DNA of 64,000 nt. Origin: Candidatus Hadarchaeales archaeon (GTDB lineage: Archaea > Hadarchaeota > Hadarchaeia > Hadarchaeales > WYZ-LMO6). Under the pieces are notes generated by a model, which was not told the origin of the DNA, ran no database searches, and was given only the letters and a program-made list of their open reading frames with translations. This document shows positions 1-8,462 of this stretch, piece by piece. Both the position numbers and the translations under genes were made by a program. The stretch is from positions 11,350 to 75,349 of the forward strand of contig JAWCKR010000006.1 in the NCBI GenBank assembly GCA_038851755.1, written 5' to 3'. How positions within the stretch are numbered: the first letter of the stretch is position 1; each line of letters begins with the position of its first letter.

Positions 1-49
1 GGATGAGCTTCTTGAGCTTTTCGTTCTCGGTGGGGATGTTCAGTTTCAT
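1..49 (-). CDS. hypothetical protein, 5' end only (gene continues past the window start)
   Basis: Reverse-strand ATG at 47-49 reads MKLNIPTENEKLKKLI... and runs off the window. It sits upstream of an AT-rich divergent promoter region. Confidence 0.25.
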   Translation of the reverse strand, partial: MKLNIPTENEKLKKLI

Positions 50-67
50 TCTTCTCTAGGTTTGGGG

Positions 68-88
68 TGGGTGAGTATTAATCTCACC
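68..88. promoter_or_regulatory. perfect 7-bp-arm palindrome GGGTGAG-TATTAAT-CTCACCC in a divergent intergenic region
   Basis: Read directly. The arms are exact reverse complements and the loop is AT-rich. It lies between the reverse gene starting at 49 and the + gene at 216/231. Confidence 0.3.
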
Positions 89-173
89 CTCCCCCCCTTC
101 CCGTGTTTCGTCATTTCCTCTGTGTTACGAAATTGTTAATCCGTGTAGCATTTTTTCACCACTTCTACCCCCC

Positions 174-183
174 TTTTATATAA
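174..183 (+). promoter_or_regulatory. archaeal TATA box (TTTTATATAA), about 30-50 bp upstream of the ORF at 216/231
   Basis: AT-rich TATA-like octamer preceded by C-rich BRE-like bases. It is the only AT-rich patch upstream of the ORF. Confidence 0.4.
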
Positions 184-215
184 GGCATCCTGAAAAGGGA
201 AAAAGCGGGGGAGAA

Positions 216-539
216 GTGGAAGAGCTAAAAATGAAGATGGGGGAAGACGAGGTTTCTGAGCTGATAAGGAAAGAGCTACAGCAGAGCCTCTCGGAGGAAC
301 TCAGGGGACTCATAGAACCCACTCTCCGGCAGTCCATCTTGGAGGGCCTGGACAAGCTGAAGATGGGGGAGCTGAAGACCTCCGTGATTCAGAAGACCAA
401 GAAGAGGATGGAAGAGAAGTTGGAGAAGATGATAGAGGAGGCCCTGGACAAGACCACTCCCCAGGATGTCAGTGGGGCGCTCTTGTCGGCGCTCGACAGG
501 AGCGTGGAGGAGATAAAGAAACTGCTGGAGGGACGGTGA
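216..539 (+). CDS. hypothetical charged coiled-coil protein (107 aa; GTG at 216, alternative ATG at 231)
   Basis: ORF with heptad-like E/K/L-rich sequence and no recognisable catalytic motif. A promoter-like TATA lies upstream. Confidence 0.4.
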   Translation: MEELKMKMGEDEVSELIRKELQQSLSEELRGLIEPTLRQSILEGLDKLKMGELKTSVIQKTKKRMEEKLEKMIEEALDKTTPQDVSGALLSALDRSVEEIKKLLEGR

Positions 540-563
540 GGTAGACCGGGCGCGGGGGTAAGC

Positions 564-1556
564 TTGGGCATCCCAGAAGCCACGGAATCCCTGAAACACC
601 TTTTGGCTGGCGGCGCGGACCGCGATGGTGGTAATCCCAGCGTAGGGGGAGTCCCGGAACCAGAGGTGGAGATTTCCCAGGAGGTGGCCCCCCCGGTGGA
701 GGTTCCCCCAACCCCTGAACCCTCGGGGGGGAGGCACTTCCGTCTTCCCTCCCTCCCCCACCTCAAGGGCCTGGGAGAGAAGTGGAACTCGGTGGCCATC
801 ACCATAGGGATGGGCTTCCTCAACTTCTGGAACAAGAAGCACTTCGTCTTTCCCATCCTGCTCGGGTGCTGCGCCCTGACCGTCTGGTACCACAGCTTCA
901 CCCACTCCCTCCTCTCCTTCACCCTCTCCGTGACCTTCCTCCTCACCACCCTCCTCCTGGCTTTCATCGGGCTGGTGGTGATGGACTACATACAGAAGGA
1001 CCTGGCCTCCACGGGGAGGGTGGTAACCCAGACCCTGGCGGGCATCTCTCTGCTGCTGGGCTTCCTCTTCTACCTCGACCTCTCCATAGGGGGCTTCCTT
1101 CCCGCCCCACCCCTCCTCATCCTGCTCTCCATCATGTGGGCCGTTCCCATCCTCCCCTATGCGGTTTTGGCTATCTTCCTCCCCCTCTTGGTGGGCCGCC
1201 TTCCCTGGTTCAGGTCCAGGTGGGAGTCCCTCAGGGAGAGGTATCCCTTCTGGGCGATCTACTGCGCAGTGCTGGGTGGTCTGATAATTCTCTATGTGCC
1301 ACTGAGGTTCTTCCCCATGTACATGTACTCTTCCCTCGTCTTCTGGGGGATGTTCTTGGGGAGTTCATGCCTGGCCATGGCGGCCATCATGGCCATGTTC
1401 CCCAGGAGGGAGTCGTGCAAGATAGTGGGTCTCTTCCTGGTCATCATGGCGGCCCTGTCGTGGATGGGGACGCTGGGGGGAGCCCTCCTAGGCTCCCTCT
1501 TCTGCATAGCGGCCGGAGCCCACGCGTATGCGTGGAGGCCAGCTTCAGGGTCATAG
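564..1556 (+). CDS. polytopic integral membrane protein, hypothetical (true start may be internal)
   Basis: ORF with multiple long hydrophobic segments. The N-terminal 70 aa are Pro/Gly-rich and may be an over-extension. Confidence 0.45.
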   Translation: MGIPEATESLKHLLAGGADRDGGNPSVGGVPEPEVEISQEVAPPVEVPPTPEPSGGRHFRLPSLPHLKGLGEKWNSVAITIGMGFLNFWNKKHFVFPILLGCCALTVWYHSFTHSLLSFTLSVTFLLTTLLLAFIGLVVMDYIQKDLASTGRVVTQTLAGISLLLGFLFYLDLSIGGFLPAPPLLILLSIMWAVPILPYAVLAIFLPLLVGRLPWFRSRWESLRERYPFWAIYCAVLGGLIILYVPLRFFPMYMYSSLVFWGMFLGSSCLAMAAIMAMFPRRESCKIVGLFLVIMAALSWMGTLGGALLGSLFCIAAGAHAYAWRPASGS

Positions 1557-1596
1557 GAATGAATCCTATGACATAACGAAAAGGAGGGAAGAAAAA

Positions 1597-2088
1597 ATGG
1601 AAGGGTTCGGAAAAATGGCGGCGGTTGGGCTGGCGTCGGTAGCGAGCGTGATAGTGTTTTCCACGGTGACCGGGGTGGGCCTGGCGATGCCTGTGAACGA
1701 CTTCAAGCTCACGGCGGGTAGCATCAACGGACAGAACCTCAACATGTATGTCGGTACCATGGAAAACTACGGTGGGAAGATTTTCCAGGAGCTGAGCAGC
1801 GCCACCATCTCCAACTTGGAAATAGTGAAGGAGATGAGCATTGGAGGGCTGACGATAAAGACCATCATCCAGAGTCCGCTGGCATCCGCCAGTGGGGTGC
1901 TGATGAAGTGCGATGATTTCTCGGCGAAAAGCATGAGTGCGACCAACCAGCGCATAGGTCCCTACGGAGGCAGGGACTTCGCCGTGACCGCGGACACCCT
2001 TTACGTGGAGAACGTCAGCGCTTGGGTAACCGAAATGGTTGTGGCCTCCTTGGACCTCGGGGACATGGTGATAAAGCTTGAGACGTGA
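1597..2088 (+). CDS. secreted protein with N-terminal signal/TM segment (weak TasA/camelysin-like N-terminal motif)
   Basis: ATG at 1597 is preceded by the RBS AAGGAGGG at 1581-1588. The N-terminus MEGFGKMAAVGLASVASVIVFSTVTGVGLA is a signal peptide. The mature part is S/T/N-rich, and NDFKLTAGSING resembles the TasA N-terminus. Local GC is about 53%. Confidence 0.5.
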   Translation: MEGFGKMAAVGLASVASVIVFSTVTGVGLAMPVNDFKLTAGSINGQNLNMYVGTMENYGGKIFQELSSATISNLEIVKEMSIGGLTIKTIIQSPLASASGVLMKCDDFSAKSMSATNQRIGPYGGRDFAVTADTLYVENVSAWVTEMVVASLDLGDMVIKLET

Positions 2089-2632
2089 AACCAGACGCCA
2101 GCCTTTTCATTTTTTTAGGCGGGGGAGGAAAGGGGTTGCTGCTATCCCGCTGTTGGTCTTTTCTTTCCTCCTAGCCACCCCCCTTCTGGGGAATCCTGAC
2201 CGTACCTTCGAGGTCTGGGCTTCTTATTCCTACACTTGGAGCGAGCTTCACATGGTGGGCTACGAGAACGAGAACGTTACGGTGATCACCTCTCCTTCCA
2301 TCCACTTCGAGAACGTGAGGATGCGGGTGGAGGGCATGTGGATAGAGCTGAAGAGCGCGGACGCGGAGAACTTCTATCTGAAGGCGAAGTACATGGAAAC
2401 CGATATCATCGTCCTAAACTTGCTACCCTTGAGTCACATAATAATAAATGGTTCGCACGTGGATCAAGGAATACCCCTTATCGGGGGATTGATGGGTCTG
2501 CAGACCTGTCAGACGGTCGATGCCCACATGTATCCTCCCCTTACTTGGTTGGTCCAAATGCAGAACACCTATATAGTGGCGGAAGAACTCAGGCTCAGTC
2601 TGGTTTCTGAGAACGTAAAAATCCATCTCTAG
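2078..2632 (+). CDS. secreted hypothetical protein (signal peptide; TTG start in the ORF track, true start uncertain)
   Basis: A basic N-region is followed by the hydrophobic stretch AAIPLLVFSFLLATPLLG. Local GC is about 50%, including an AT-rich patch around 2440-2460. Confidence 0.4.
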   Translation: MRRETRRQPFHFFRRGRKGVAAIPLLVFSFLLATPLLGNPDRTFEVWASYSYTWSELHMVGYENENVTVITSPSIHFENVRMRVEGMWIELKSADAENFYLKAKYMETDIIVLNLLPLSHIIINGSHVDQGIPLIGGLMGLQTCQTVDAHMYPPLTWLVQMQNTYIVAEELRLSLVSENVKIHL

Positions 2633-3675
2633 AAGTAGTCCTTCGCCGTCTCCAGGGCTTTGGCCACCAGCTCGCTGGCGTTCTTCAGGTCGGAGAGATC
2701 CAGGGTTTCCACTCCCGAGTGGAGGTAGCGGGTGGGCACGCTTATCACTCCCGTGGGTATGCCCGCCCTGGTGAGGGAGATGGCGGTCGCGTCGGTGGTG
2801 CCTCCCTTGGCCACGTCCAGCTGGTAGGGGATCCCGTGCGCCTCCGCCGTTTCCGTGAGCCACCTGAGGACCCTCTCCGAGACGATAATCCCCCTCCCGC
2901 TGGCGTCCGTGACGGTGATGGAGGGACCTTTTCCCATCTCCAGCGTGGAGTCCTTCTTCTCCATCCCGGGGTAGTCACCGGGAAGGGACACGTCCAGGGC
3001 TATGGCTACCGAGGGTTCCAGACCGAAGGCCGAGGTCTTTGCCCCCTTCAGGCCCACCTCCTCCTGCACCGTTCCCACCGCGTAGACCGTGGAGCGGGTC
3101 TTCGTGATCCTCACCGCCTCGATCATCACCGCCAGCCCCGCCCTGTTGTCAAACGCCTTCCCCGCGACCCTGCCTGCGAGGAGGGGTCGAAGCTGCCGGT
3201 CGAGGGCGGCCACGGAGCCCACCCCTATCCCGGCTTCCCTGACCTCGGCCTCGCTCTTCGCCCCCACGTCGATGAACATGTTCTCCACCTTCACGGGTTT
3301 CTTCCTCTCTTCCTCCTCCAGCAGGTGGGGTGGTTTGGAGCCTATCACCCCATAGACGGGCCCCTTCCTGGTCCGGAAGACCACCCTTTCGTTCAGGAGA
3401 GTCTGGTCGAACCAGCCACCCAGCGGGACGAACCTTATGAAGCCTTTCTCGTCGATGTGCTTTACCATCAATCCTATCTCGTCCATGTGAGCTGCCACCA
3501 TGCAAGAGGGCTCGGAACCCCTCTTCACCCCTATCAGGTTGCCCATGGCGTCCCTCCTCACCTCATCCACGAAAGGCTGGAGTTCAGCCTTCACGAGTTC
3601 CGCCACTTCCTCCTCCCTGCCCGAAACTCCCACGGCGTTAGACAGTTTCTCGAGCAGCTCCTCTATCCCGGGCAT
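2629..3675 (-). CDS. M42-family (TET/FrvX-type) aminopeptidase
   Basis: 348-aa ORF whose length, archaeal context and metal-ligand-like H/D/E pattern fit the M42 deblocking/TET aminopeptidases (assignment by overall similarity, not a diagnostic motif). Confidence 0.75.
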   Translation of the reverse strand: MPGIEELLEKLSNAVGVSGREEEVAELVKAELQPFVDEVRRDAMGNLIGVKRGSEPSCMVAAHMDEIGLMVKHIDEKGFIRFVPLGGWFDQTLLNERVVFRTRKGPVYGVIGSKPPHLLEEEERKKPVKVENMFIDVGAKSEAEVREAGIGVGSVAALDRQLRPLLAGRVAGKAFDNRAGLAVMIEAVRITKTRSTVYAVGTVQEEVGLKGAKTSAFGLEPSVAIALDVSLPGDYPGMEKKDSTLEMGKGPSITVTDASGRGIIVSERVLRWLTETAEAHGIPYQLDVAKGGTTDATAISLTRAGIPTGVISVPTRYLHSGVETLDLSDLKNASELVAKALETAKDYF

Positions 3676-3733
3676 TCATCCTCCTCCCCCCGCCGGCTCA
3701 AAAGCTTTTTCCCGCGGCGGGAAAGGAGGAAGG

Positions 3734-4477
3734 ATGAAGGTAATCTACAGCGAGAACTTCCGAACGGTCTACTCCTCCGATCCAGCTTCGGCGCCAGGTA
3801 GGATGGAGGCCATAGTAAGGGAGCTGGTCGGTTTCGAGTTCGTGGAGCCGGAGCCTGCGAGGGAAGAGGACATCTTGCTGGTCCACACACCTTCCCACCT
3901 GGAGAGGGTGAAGGCCCTCCCTTCGGTCTATCCCTTGGCCCTGCTGGCTGCTGGGGCAGCCATAAAGGCCTCGGAGTTTGCCATGCGGGGGGAGCCCTCC
4001 TTTGCCCTGCTGAGGCCACCTGGTCACCACGCTGGACCCAACAGCTTCTGGGGCTTCTGCTACTTCAACAACCTGGCTCTCTCCCTCCAGAGGTTGCTCG
4101 GTTCTGGAAGGGTAAAGAGGACGGTGATTCTGGACTTCGACCTGCACTACGGTGACGGCACGGCGGCCATCTTCTCGGGCTCCAGCACGGTTTCCTACCA
4201 TCACGCGGAGGGGAGGAGGGAGGAAATCTTGGAGGGGATAGCCTCCTTTCTCTCACGGGAAGACTACGACCTGGTGGCCGTGTCGGCTGGCTTCGACAAC
4301 CACGAGGAGGACTGGGGAGGCACCCTCAGCACCTCTGACTACAGGGAAATAGGGAGGATGGTGAGGGGGTGGGCGGAGGAGAAGTGCGGGGGGAGGAGGT
4401 ACGGAGTGCTGGAGGGTGGATACAACCACTCGGTCTTGGGGAGAAACGTCAGGGCCTTCCTGGAGGGATTCGGGTGA
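3734..4477 (+). CDS. histone-deacetylase-superfamily amidohydrolase (AcuC / acetylpolyamine amidohydrolase-like)
   Basis: ATG at 3734 is preceded by GGAGGAAGG. It carries the HDAC-fold motifs LRPPGHHAG, FCYFNNLA, LDFDLHYGDGT and GFDNHEEDWGG. Confidence 0.7.
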   Translation: MKVIYSENFRTVYSSDPASAPGRMEAIVRELVGFEFVEPEPAREEDILLVHTPSHLERVKALPSVYPLALLAAGAAIKASEFAMRGEPSFALLRPPGHHAGPNSFWGFCYFNNLALSLQRLLGSGRVKRTVILDFDLHYGDGTAAIFSGSSTVSYHHAEGRREEILEGIASFLSREDYDLVAVSAGFDNHEEDWGGTLSTSDYREIGRMVRGWAEEKCGGRRYGVLEGGYNHSVLGRNVRAFLEGFG

Positions 4478-5535
4478 GGGAGCTGGAGGAGCTGAGGGAG
4501 TTCCGCCGCGAGGTGGGCCCCATCCGTCCTCCCTCTGAGGGAGGAAGCTGTTCCCTCCTCCTGAGGGTAACCAGGAACTGTCCCTGGTCCCTGTGCAAGT
4601 TCTGTTATGGCAGACCATACGGGAGGGGGAGGTTCTCCCTCAGGACGGTGGAGGAGGTGAAGGGGGAGGTGGAAAAGATGGGCAGGGTGTTGGAACTCCT
4701 GCGGGAAAAAGGGGAGGAAGTATGGAGGCTGCTTCCCCACCTCCCTGAGGGAAGCCGGGAGGGCCTGTATAACCTCCTGTCATGGTCCTCCTCCGGCAGC
4801 CGGACCATCTTCCTCCAGGATGCAGATGTGCTCCTCATGCCCACCCCAAAGTTGGTGGAGATACTGGAGGAGGTGAGAAGAAGGCTGGGGGAGATGGAGA
4901 GGATCACATGCTACGCCAGGGGGAGGTCCCTCTCCCGGAAGTCGGTGGAGGAGCTGGGGAGGCTCAGGGAGGCGGGGCTCTCCAGGCTGCACGTGGGTCT
5001 GGAGAGCGGGGACGGGGAGGTGCTGGAGAGGATGAACAAAGGTCTGACTCCGCAGGAGGTGGTGGAGGGTGGGAGAAAGGCCGGGGAGGCGGGGCTGGAG
5101 CTTTCTCTCTACTACATTCTGGGTCTCGGAGGAGAAGAGAGGTGGGAGGCGCACGCCAGGAACACGGCGAGGGTCCTCAACGAGGTAAATCCCGAGTTCG
5201 TGAGGGTGAGGCGCCTGGTACCCCTGAGGGGCACCCCCCTCTTTCAGGAGTGGAGGGAGGGAAGCTTCAGGCTCCAGAGCCCCCACGGTGAGCTGAGGGA
5301 GCTGAAGCTGCTGGTGGAAGAGCTGGAGTTCTCGGGCAGGCTGTGCTTCGACCACTTCGCCAACCCTTTCTACCTCACCCCGGGGGGACCCAGGTGGGTG
5401 TTCGATCAGAGTTACAGCGGTTACCGCTTTCCCGCCGAGAAGGATGAGGTTCTGAGGAGGATAGAGGAAGGGCTTGAGAGGGAGGAAACCCTCTACGTCA
5501 GCTCGGCGAGCCTTTCAGTGCTGGAAGCCCTGTGA
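4474..5535 (+). CDS. radical SAM domain protein with an unusual CX4CX2C cluster (CPWSLCKFC)
   Basis: The GTG start overlaps the HDAC stop (GTGA). The sequence contains the Cys triad, glycine-rich SAM-binding stretches and a C-terminal extension. Confidence 0.65.
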   Translation: MRELEELREFRREVGPIRPPSEGGSCSLLLRVTRNCPWSLCKFCYGRPYGRGRFSLRTVEEVKGEVEKMGRVLELLREKGEEVWRLLPHLPEGSREGLYNLLSWSSSGSRTIFLQDADVLLMPTPKLVEILEEVRRRLGEMERITCYARGRSLSRKSVEELGRLREAGLSRLHVGLESGDGEVLERMNKGLTPQEVVEGGRKAGEAGLELSLYYILGLGGEERWEAHARNTARVLNEVNPEFVRVRRLVPLRGTPLFQEWREGSFRLQSPHGELRELKLLVEELEFSGRLCFDHFANPFYLTPGGPRWVFDQSYSGYRFPAEKDEVLRRIEEGLEREETLYVSSASLSVLEAL

Positions 5536-5538
5536 ACC

Positions 5539-5718
5539 TCATTCGGGGAAGGTGATGGCGCCGGTGGTGCAGACGGCCTCGCAGGCCCTGCAGTCCACGC
5601 AGTCCTCGGCCTTCACCACCTTGGCCTTCTTGTCGTTCACTTCCAGCACGCTCACGGGGCAGGCGTTGACGCATTCCCCGCAGCCTGTGCATTTCTCGGT
5701 GTCTATCTTAGGTGGCAT
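5539..5718 (-). CDS. 2x[4Fe-4S] ferredoxin (59 aa; not in the ORF track)
   Basis: Manual translation gives MPPKIDTEKCTGCGECVNACPVSVLEVNDKKAKVVKAEDCVDCRACEAVCTTGAITFPE, with two CxxCxxCxxxCP motifs. A TATA-like AAAGTTTAAATAC lies upstream on the reverse strand. Confidence 0.7.
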   Translation of the reverse strand: MPPKIDTEKCTGCGECVNACPVSVLEVNDKKAKVVKAEDCVDCRACEAVCTTGAITFPE

Positions 5719-5765
5719 CCTTTTTCGTAACTTCCGTTGTATTTAAACTTTATCCGGGGAGCAGG

Positions 5766-7679
5766 TCAGACACCCGCTAGGAGGAGAATCCGGTACATCA
5801 CCCCTCCCAGCCAGAGCGCGAAGAGGACCTCCGCGAGCGCGATGTAGAGGGACCTCCTCCAGCCCACCTCCCTCACCAGGGCGGCCAGCGTGGCCACGCA
5901 GGGAAAGTAGAACATGGTCACGGTGGCGAAAGTGAGCATCTGGGCGTGGGTGAGGTGGAGGGAGAGGTCGGACCCTAGGAGCAGGGTGAGCATGATGAGG
6001 GTGAGTTCCTTCCTCAGCAGGCCGAAAAGGAGGACCACCCCCGCCACTGCGGGCAGGCCCAGCCAGCCCACCGTGAGGGGGCTCAGGAGGTTGGAGAAGG
6101 GGTCCAGGAGGCCCGCCACCCTCAGGAGCGTGAGGATCAGGCTGCCGCCCAGGATGAAGGGCAGGGCCACGTAGAGGAAGTCCTGGGTCCTGTTCCAGCT
6201 ACCGCGGAGGACCGTGGGAAGGTGGGGCCTGCGGTAGGGAGGGATTTCCATGATCAGCCCCACGGGTTCCCCAGGCAGGATTTTGAAGGCCAGCCTGCCT
6301 AGCAGGAAGATCACCGCCAGGTCCAGCAGGTAGAGGAGAAGGGCCCATCCCATCCCCACGAACTTGCCCACCAGGCCCAGGATTACCACCGTGCGGGCCG
6401 CGCAGGGTACGAGGGTGGAAAGAAAGATGGAGAGGAGCCTCTCCCTCTCCGTTTCCATGATCCTGCAGCCCAGGCAGGCCGGAACGTTGCATCCGTAGCC
6501 CAGCAGGAGGGGAATGAAGGCCTTACCGTGCACCCCCACCCTGTGCATGAGCCCGTCCATCAGGAAGGCGCCCCTCGCGAGGTAACCCGAGTCCTCCAGG
6601 AGGGTGAGGAGGAAATAGAAGGGCAGGACGAAGGGCAGGACGATGGTCAGACCAGCCAGCACCCCTCCCAGCACCCCCTCCCCCACCAGGCCCCCGAACC
6701 TCTCCGAGGTCCACTCCACCAGGGGGTTCGTAAGCCTCTCCAGGGCCTCCTCCACCCTTCCCCCGACCCAGAAGACCGTGAGGAGGATGGAGAGGAGCAC
6801 GCACGCCAGGATGAGGTAGCCCAGCACGGGATGGGTGGTCAGGGCATCCAGCCTTTCGGTGGGGGTGGGGGCGGGGTGGATGCGCTGGGTCTGGTTCGCT
6901 ATCCTGTGGGCCAGGCCGTACCTGCAGGAGCTGAGGAGGGTGGAGGCCCTCTCCCCGTAAAGCCTCTCCAGCTCCCGTGAGTACCTCCTCGCCAGCTCAA
7001 CCGCCCCGGGTGCGGTCCTGCCTACGAGTTTCCTGACCTCCTCGTCCCCCTCCAGAAGCTTCAGGGCCAGCCACCTGGGGGGATACCCGGTGCCCGCCTT
7101 CTCCAGCAGGGGGAGGAGGGTACGTACCCTCCTCTCGATCTCCCTCCCGTAGGAGAACCTGCGTAACCTGATCTTCCTCCTGCCCTCCGCCACCTCCACG
7201 GCCCTCTCCAGCAGGGTGTGCATTCCCTTCCCCCTCACGGCCACGGTGGGCACCACGGGGACCCCGAGCTGTCTCTCCAGCTCCCTGGGGTCCACCTTCA
7301 CACCCTTCCTCTCCGCCACGTCCACCTGGTTCAGGGCCACCACCACCTTGGGCTCCAACTCCAGCAGCTGGAGGGTGAAGAAGAGGTTCCTCTCCAGGGA
7401 GGAGGCGTCCACCACGTTGATCACCACGTCCGGTCTCTCCCCCGCGATGTACTCCCTGGAGATCCTCTCCTCCAAGGAGAAGGTGGAAAGGGAGTAGATT
7501 CCGGGGAGGTCTATCACATCCACCACCCTCCCTCTGAAGTGCAGGGTCCCCTCCGCCTTCTCCACGGTCTTCCCTGGCCAGTTGCCCACATGCTGGTGGA
7601 GGCCCGTGAAGTGGTTGAAGATCACCGATTTCCCCACGTTGGCGTTCCCTGCCAGGGCTATCCTGAGGTGGGCCTTCAT
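5766..7679 (-). CDS. feoB: ferrous iron transporter FeoB
   Basis: The N-terminal G-domain has GNANVGKS and DLPG. The large C-terminal polytopic membrane domain is typical of FeoB. Confidence 0.9.
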   Translation of the reverse strand: MKAHLRIALAGNANVGKSVIFNHFTGLHQHVGNWPGKTVEKAEGTLHFRGRVVDVIDLPGIYSLSTFSLEERISREYIAGERPDVVINVVDASSLERNLFFTLQLLELEPKVVVALNQVDVAERKGVKVDPRELERQLGVPVVPTVAVRGKGMHTLLERAVEVAEGRRKIRLRRFSYGREIERRVRTLLPLLEKAGTGYPPRWLALKLLEGDEEVRKLVGRTAPGAVELARRYSRELERLYGERASTLLSSCRYGLAHRIANQTQRIHPAPTPTERLDALTTHPVLGYLILACVLLSILLTVFWVGGRVEEALERLTNPLVEWTSERFGGLVGEGVLGGVLAGLTIVLPFVLPFYFLLTLLEDSGYLARGAFLMDGLMHRVGVHGKAFIPLLLGYGCNVPACLGCRIMETERERLLSIFLSTLVPCAARTVVILGLVGKFVGMGWALLLYLLDLAVIFLLGRLAFKILPGEPVGLIMEIPPYRRPHLPTVLRGSWNRTQDFLYVALPFILGGSLILTLLRVAGLLDPFSNLLSPLTVGWLGLPAVAGVVLLFGLLRKELTLIMLTLLLGSDLSLHLTHAQMLTFATVTMFYFPCVATLAALVREVGWRRSLYIALAEVLFALWLGGVMYRILLLAGV

Positions 7680-7683
7680 CCCT

Positions 7684-8301
7684 TCACCCGAGGGGTTTCA
7701 CGAAGACCCTTGAGGCCAGCCCCCTGCCCACCGCCAGGGTGGTGTCCCTCACCCTCACCATGAGGGGCCCGCGGAAGAGGGCGGACTTCAGGACCTCCAC
7801 CTCGGTCCCCGGGGTGAGCCCCATGTCGGCCAGCCTGCGGCAGGCGGAGGTACCGCCGGAGAGGAAGGAGACCACTCCTCTCTGCCCTTCCAGAAGACCC
7901 GTGAGGGGGAGGGAGCCGGTGGGCACCCCCCTGGGCAGCCGCTGGGCCTCCATCCGCCGGTGGATGGCGGCCTCCACCTCCTCGGGGATGTGGTGCTCCA
8001 GCTCGCATGCCTTCTGGTGGGCCCTTGAGGGGGAGAGTCCGAGGCTGCTGAGGAACCTCTCCATCACCCTGTGCTTCCTGAGGATGCCCCTCCCCACCTC
8101 CTCCCCCTTCCTGGTGAGGGTCACCCCCCGGTAGGGGTGATGGCGGAGGTAGCCTCCTTTGGCCAGCTTCTTGAGCATGAGGGTGGCGCTGGAGGGGGCC
8201 ACTCCCAGCTCCCTCGCCACCTTCGTGGTGGTGCTCCTCTCCCCCCTTTCCTTCAGGCGGTAGAGGGCCTCTAGGTACTCCTCCGAACTCTCGGTGGTCA
8301 T
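7684..8301 (-). CDS. DtxR/IdeR-family metal-dependent repressor with a C-terminal SH3-like (FeoA-like) domain
   Basis: It has an N-terminal wHTH (ARELGVAPSSATLMLKKL) and metal-site H/E/C residues. The C-terminal FeoA/SH3-like segment is VVSFLSGG...LADMGLTPGTEVEV. The gene sits immediately upstream of feoB. Confidence 0.8.
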   Translation of the reverse strand: MTTESSEEYLEALYRLKERGERSTTTKVARELGVAPSSATLMLKKLAKGGYLRHHPYRGVTLTRKGEEVGRGILRKHRVMERFLSSLGLSPSRAHQKACELEHHIPEEVEAAIHRRMEAQRLPRGVPTGSLPLTGLLEGQRGVVSFLSGGTSACRRLADMGLTPGTEVEVLKSALFRGPLMVRVRDTTLAVGRGLASRVFVKPLG

Positions 8302-8303
8302 CC

Positions 8304-8324
8304 TTAGGTTTAGGCTTGTCTAAA
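8304..8324. promoter_or_regulatory. DtxR-box-like operator (TTAGGTTTAGGCTTGTCTAAA) overlapping the promoter of the dtxR-feoB operon
   Basis: It resembles the DtxR/IdeR consensus TTAGGTTAGCCTAACCTAA, with a good left half-site and a degenerate right half-site. It is followed by the TATA-like TAAATTTAAA at 8321-8330. Confidence 0.4.
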
Positions 8325-8462
8325 TTTAAAGGACGGGGACAGGATGGAGGCATGGAGGGTGAGCACAGGGAGGGACCCCTCCACGTGTTTTAAATTCAGT
8401 AACGCTTATACCCCTCCCCGCTTACCCTCCACGATGGAAAAGAGAATGGGGGTGGGCGGGGA

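Noticed and set aside
276-1576. Long ORFs of 192-264 aa on the opposite strand or in alternate frames (276-905 -, 389-967 -, 782-1576 +)
   Set aside because: They have a Pro/Arg/Gly-rich composition typical of antisense reading of a high-GC gene, no motifs, and overlap better-supported genes. Many equivalent ORFs (15221-16981 -, 17872-19116 +, 29099-30109 +, 40761-42476 +, 56689-58275 -, 58415-59098 +) were rejected for the same reason.
7684-8301. Separate feoA gene between dtxR and feoB
   Set aside because: The FeoA/SH3-like segment is in-frame and continuous with the DtxR N-terminal HTH and metal-binding domains, with no internal start or RBS. This is the normal three-domain DtxR architecture.
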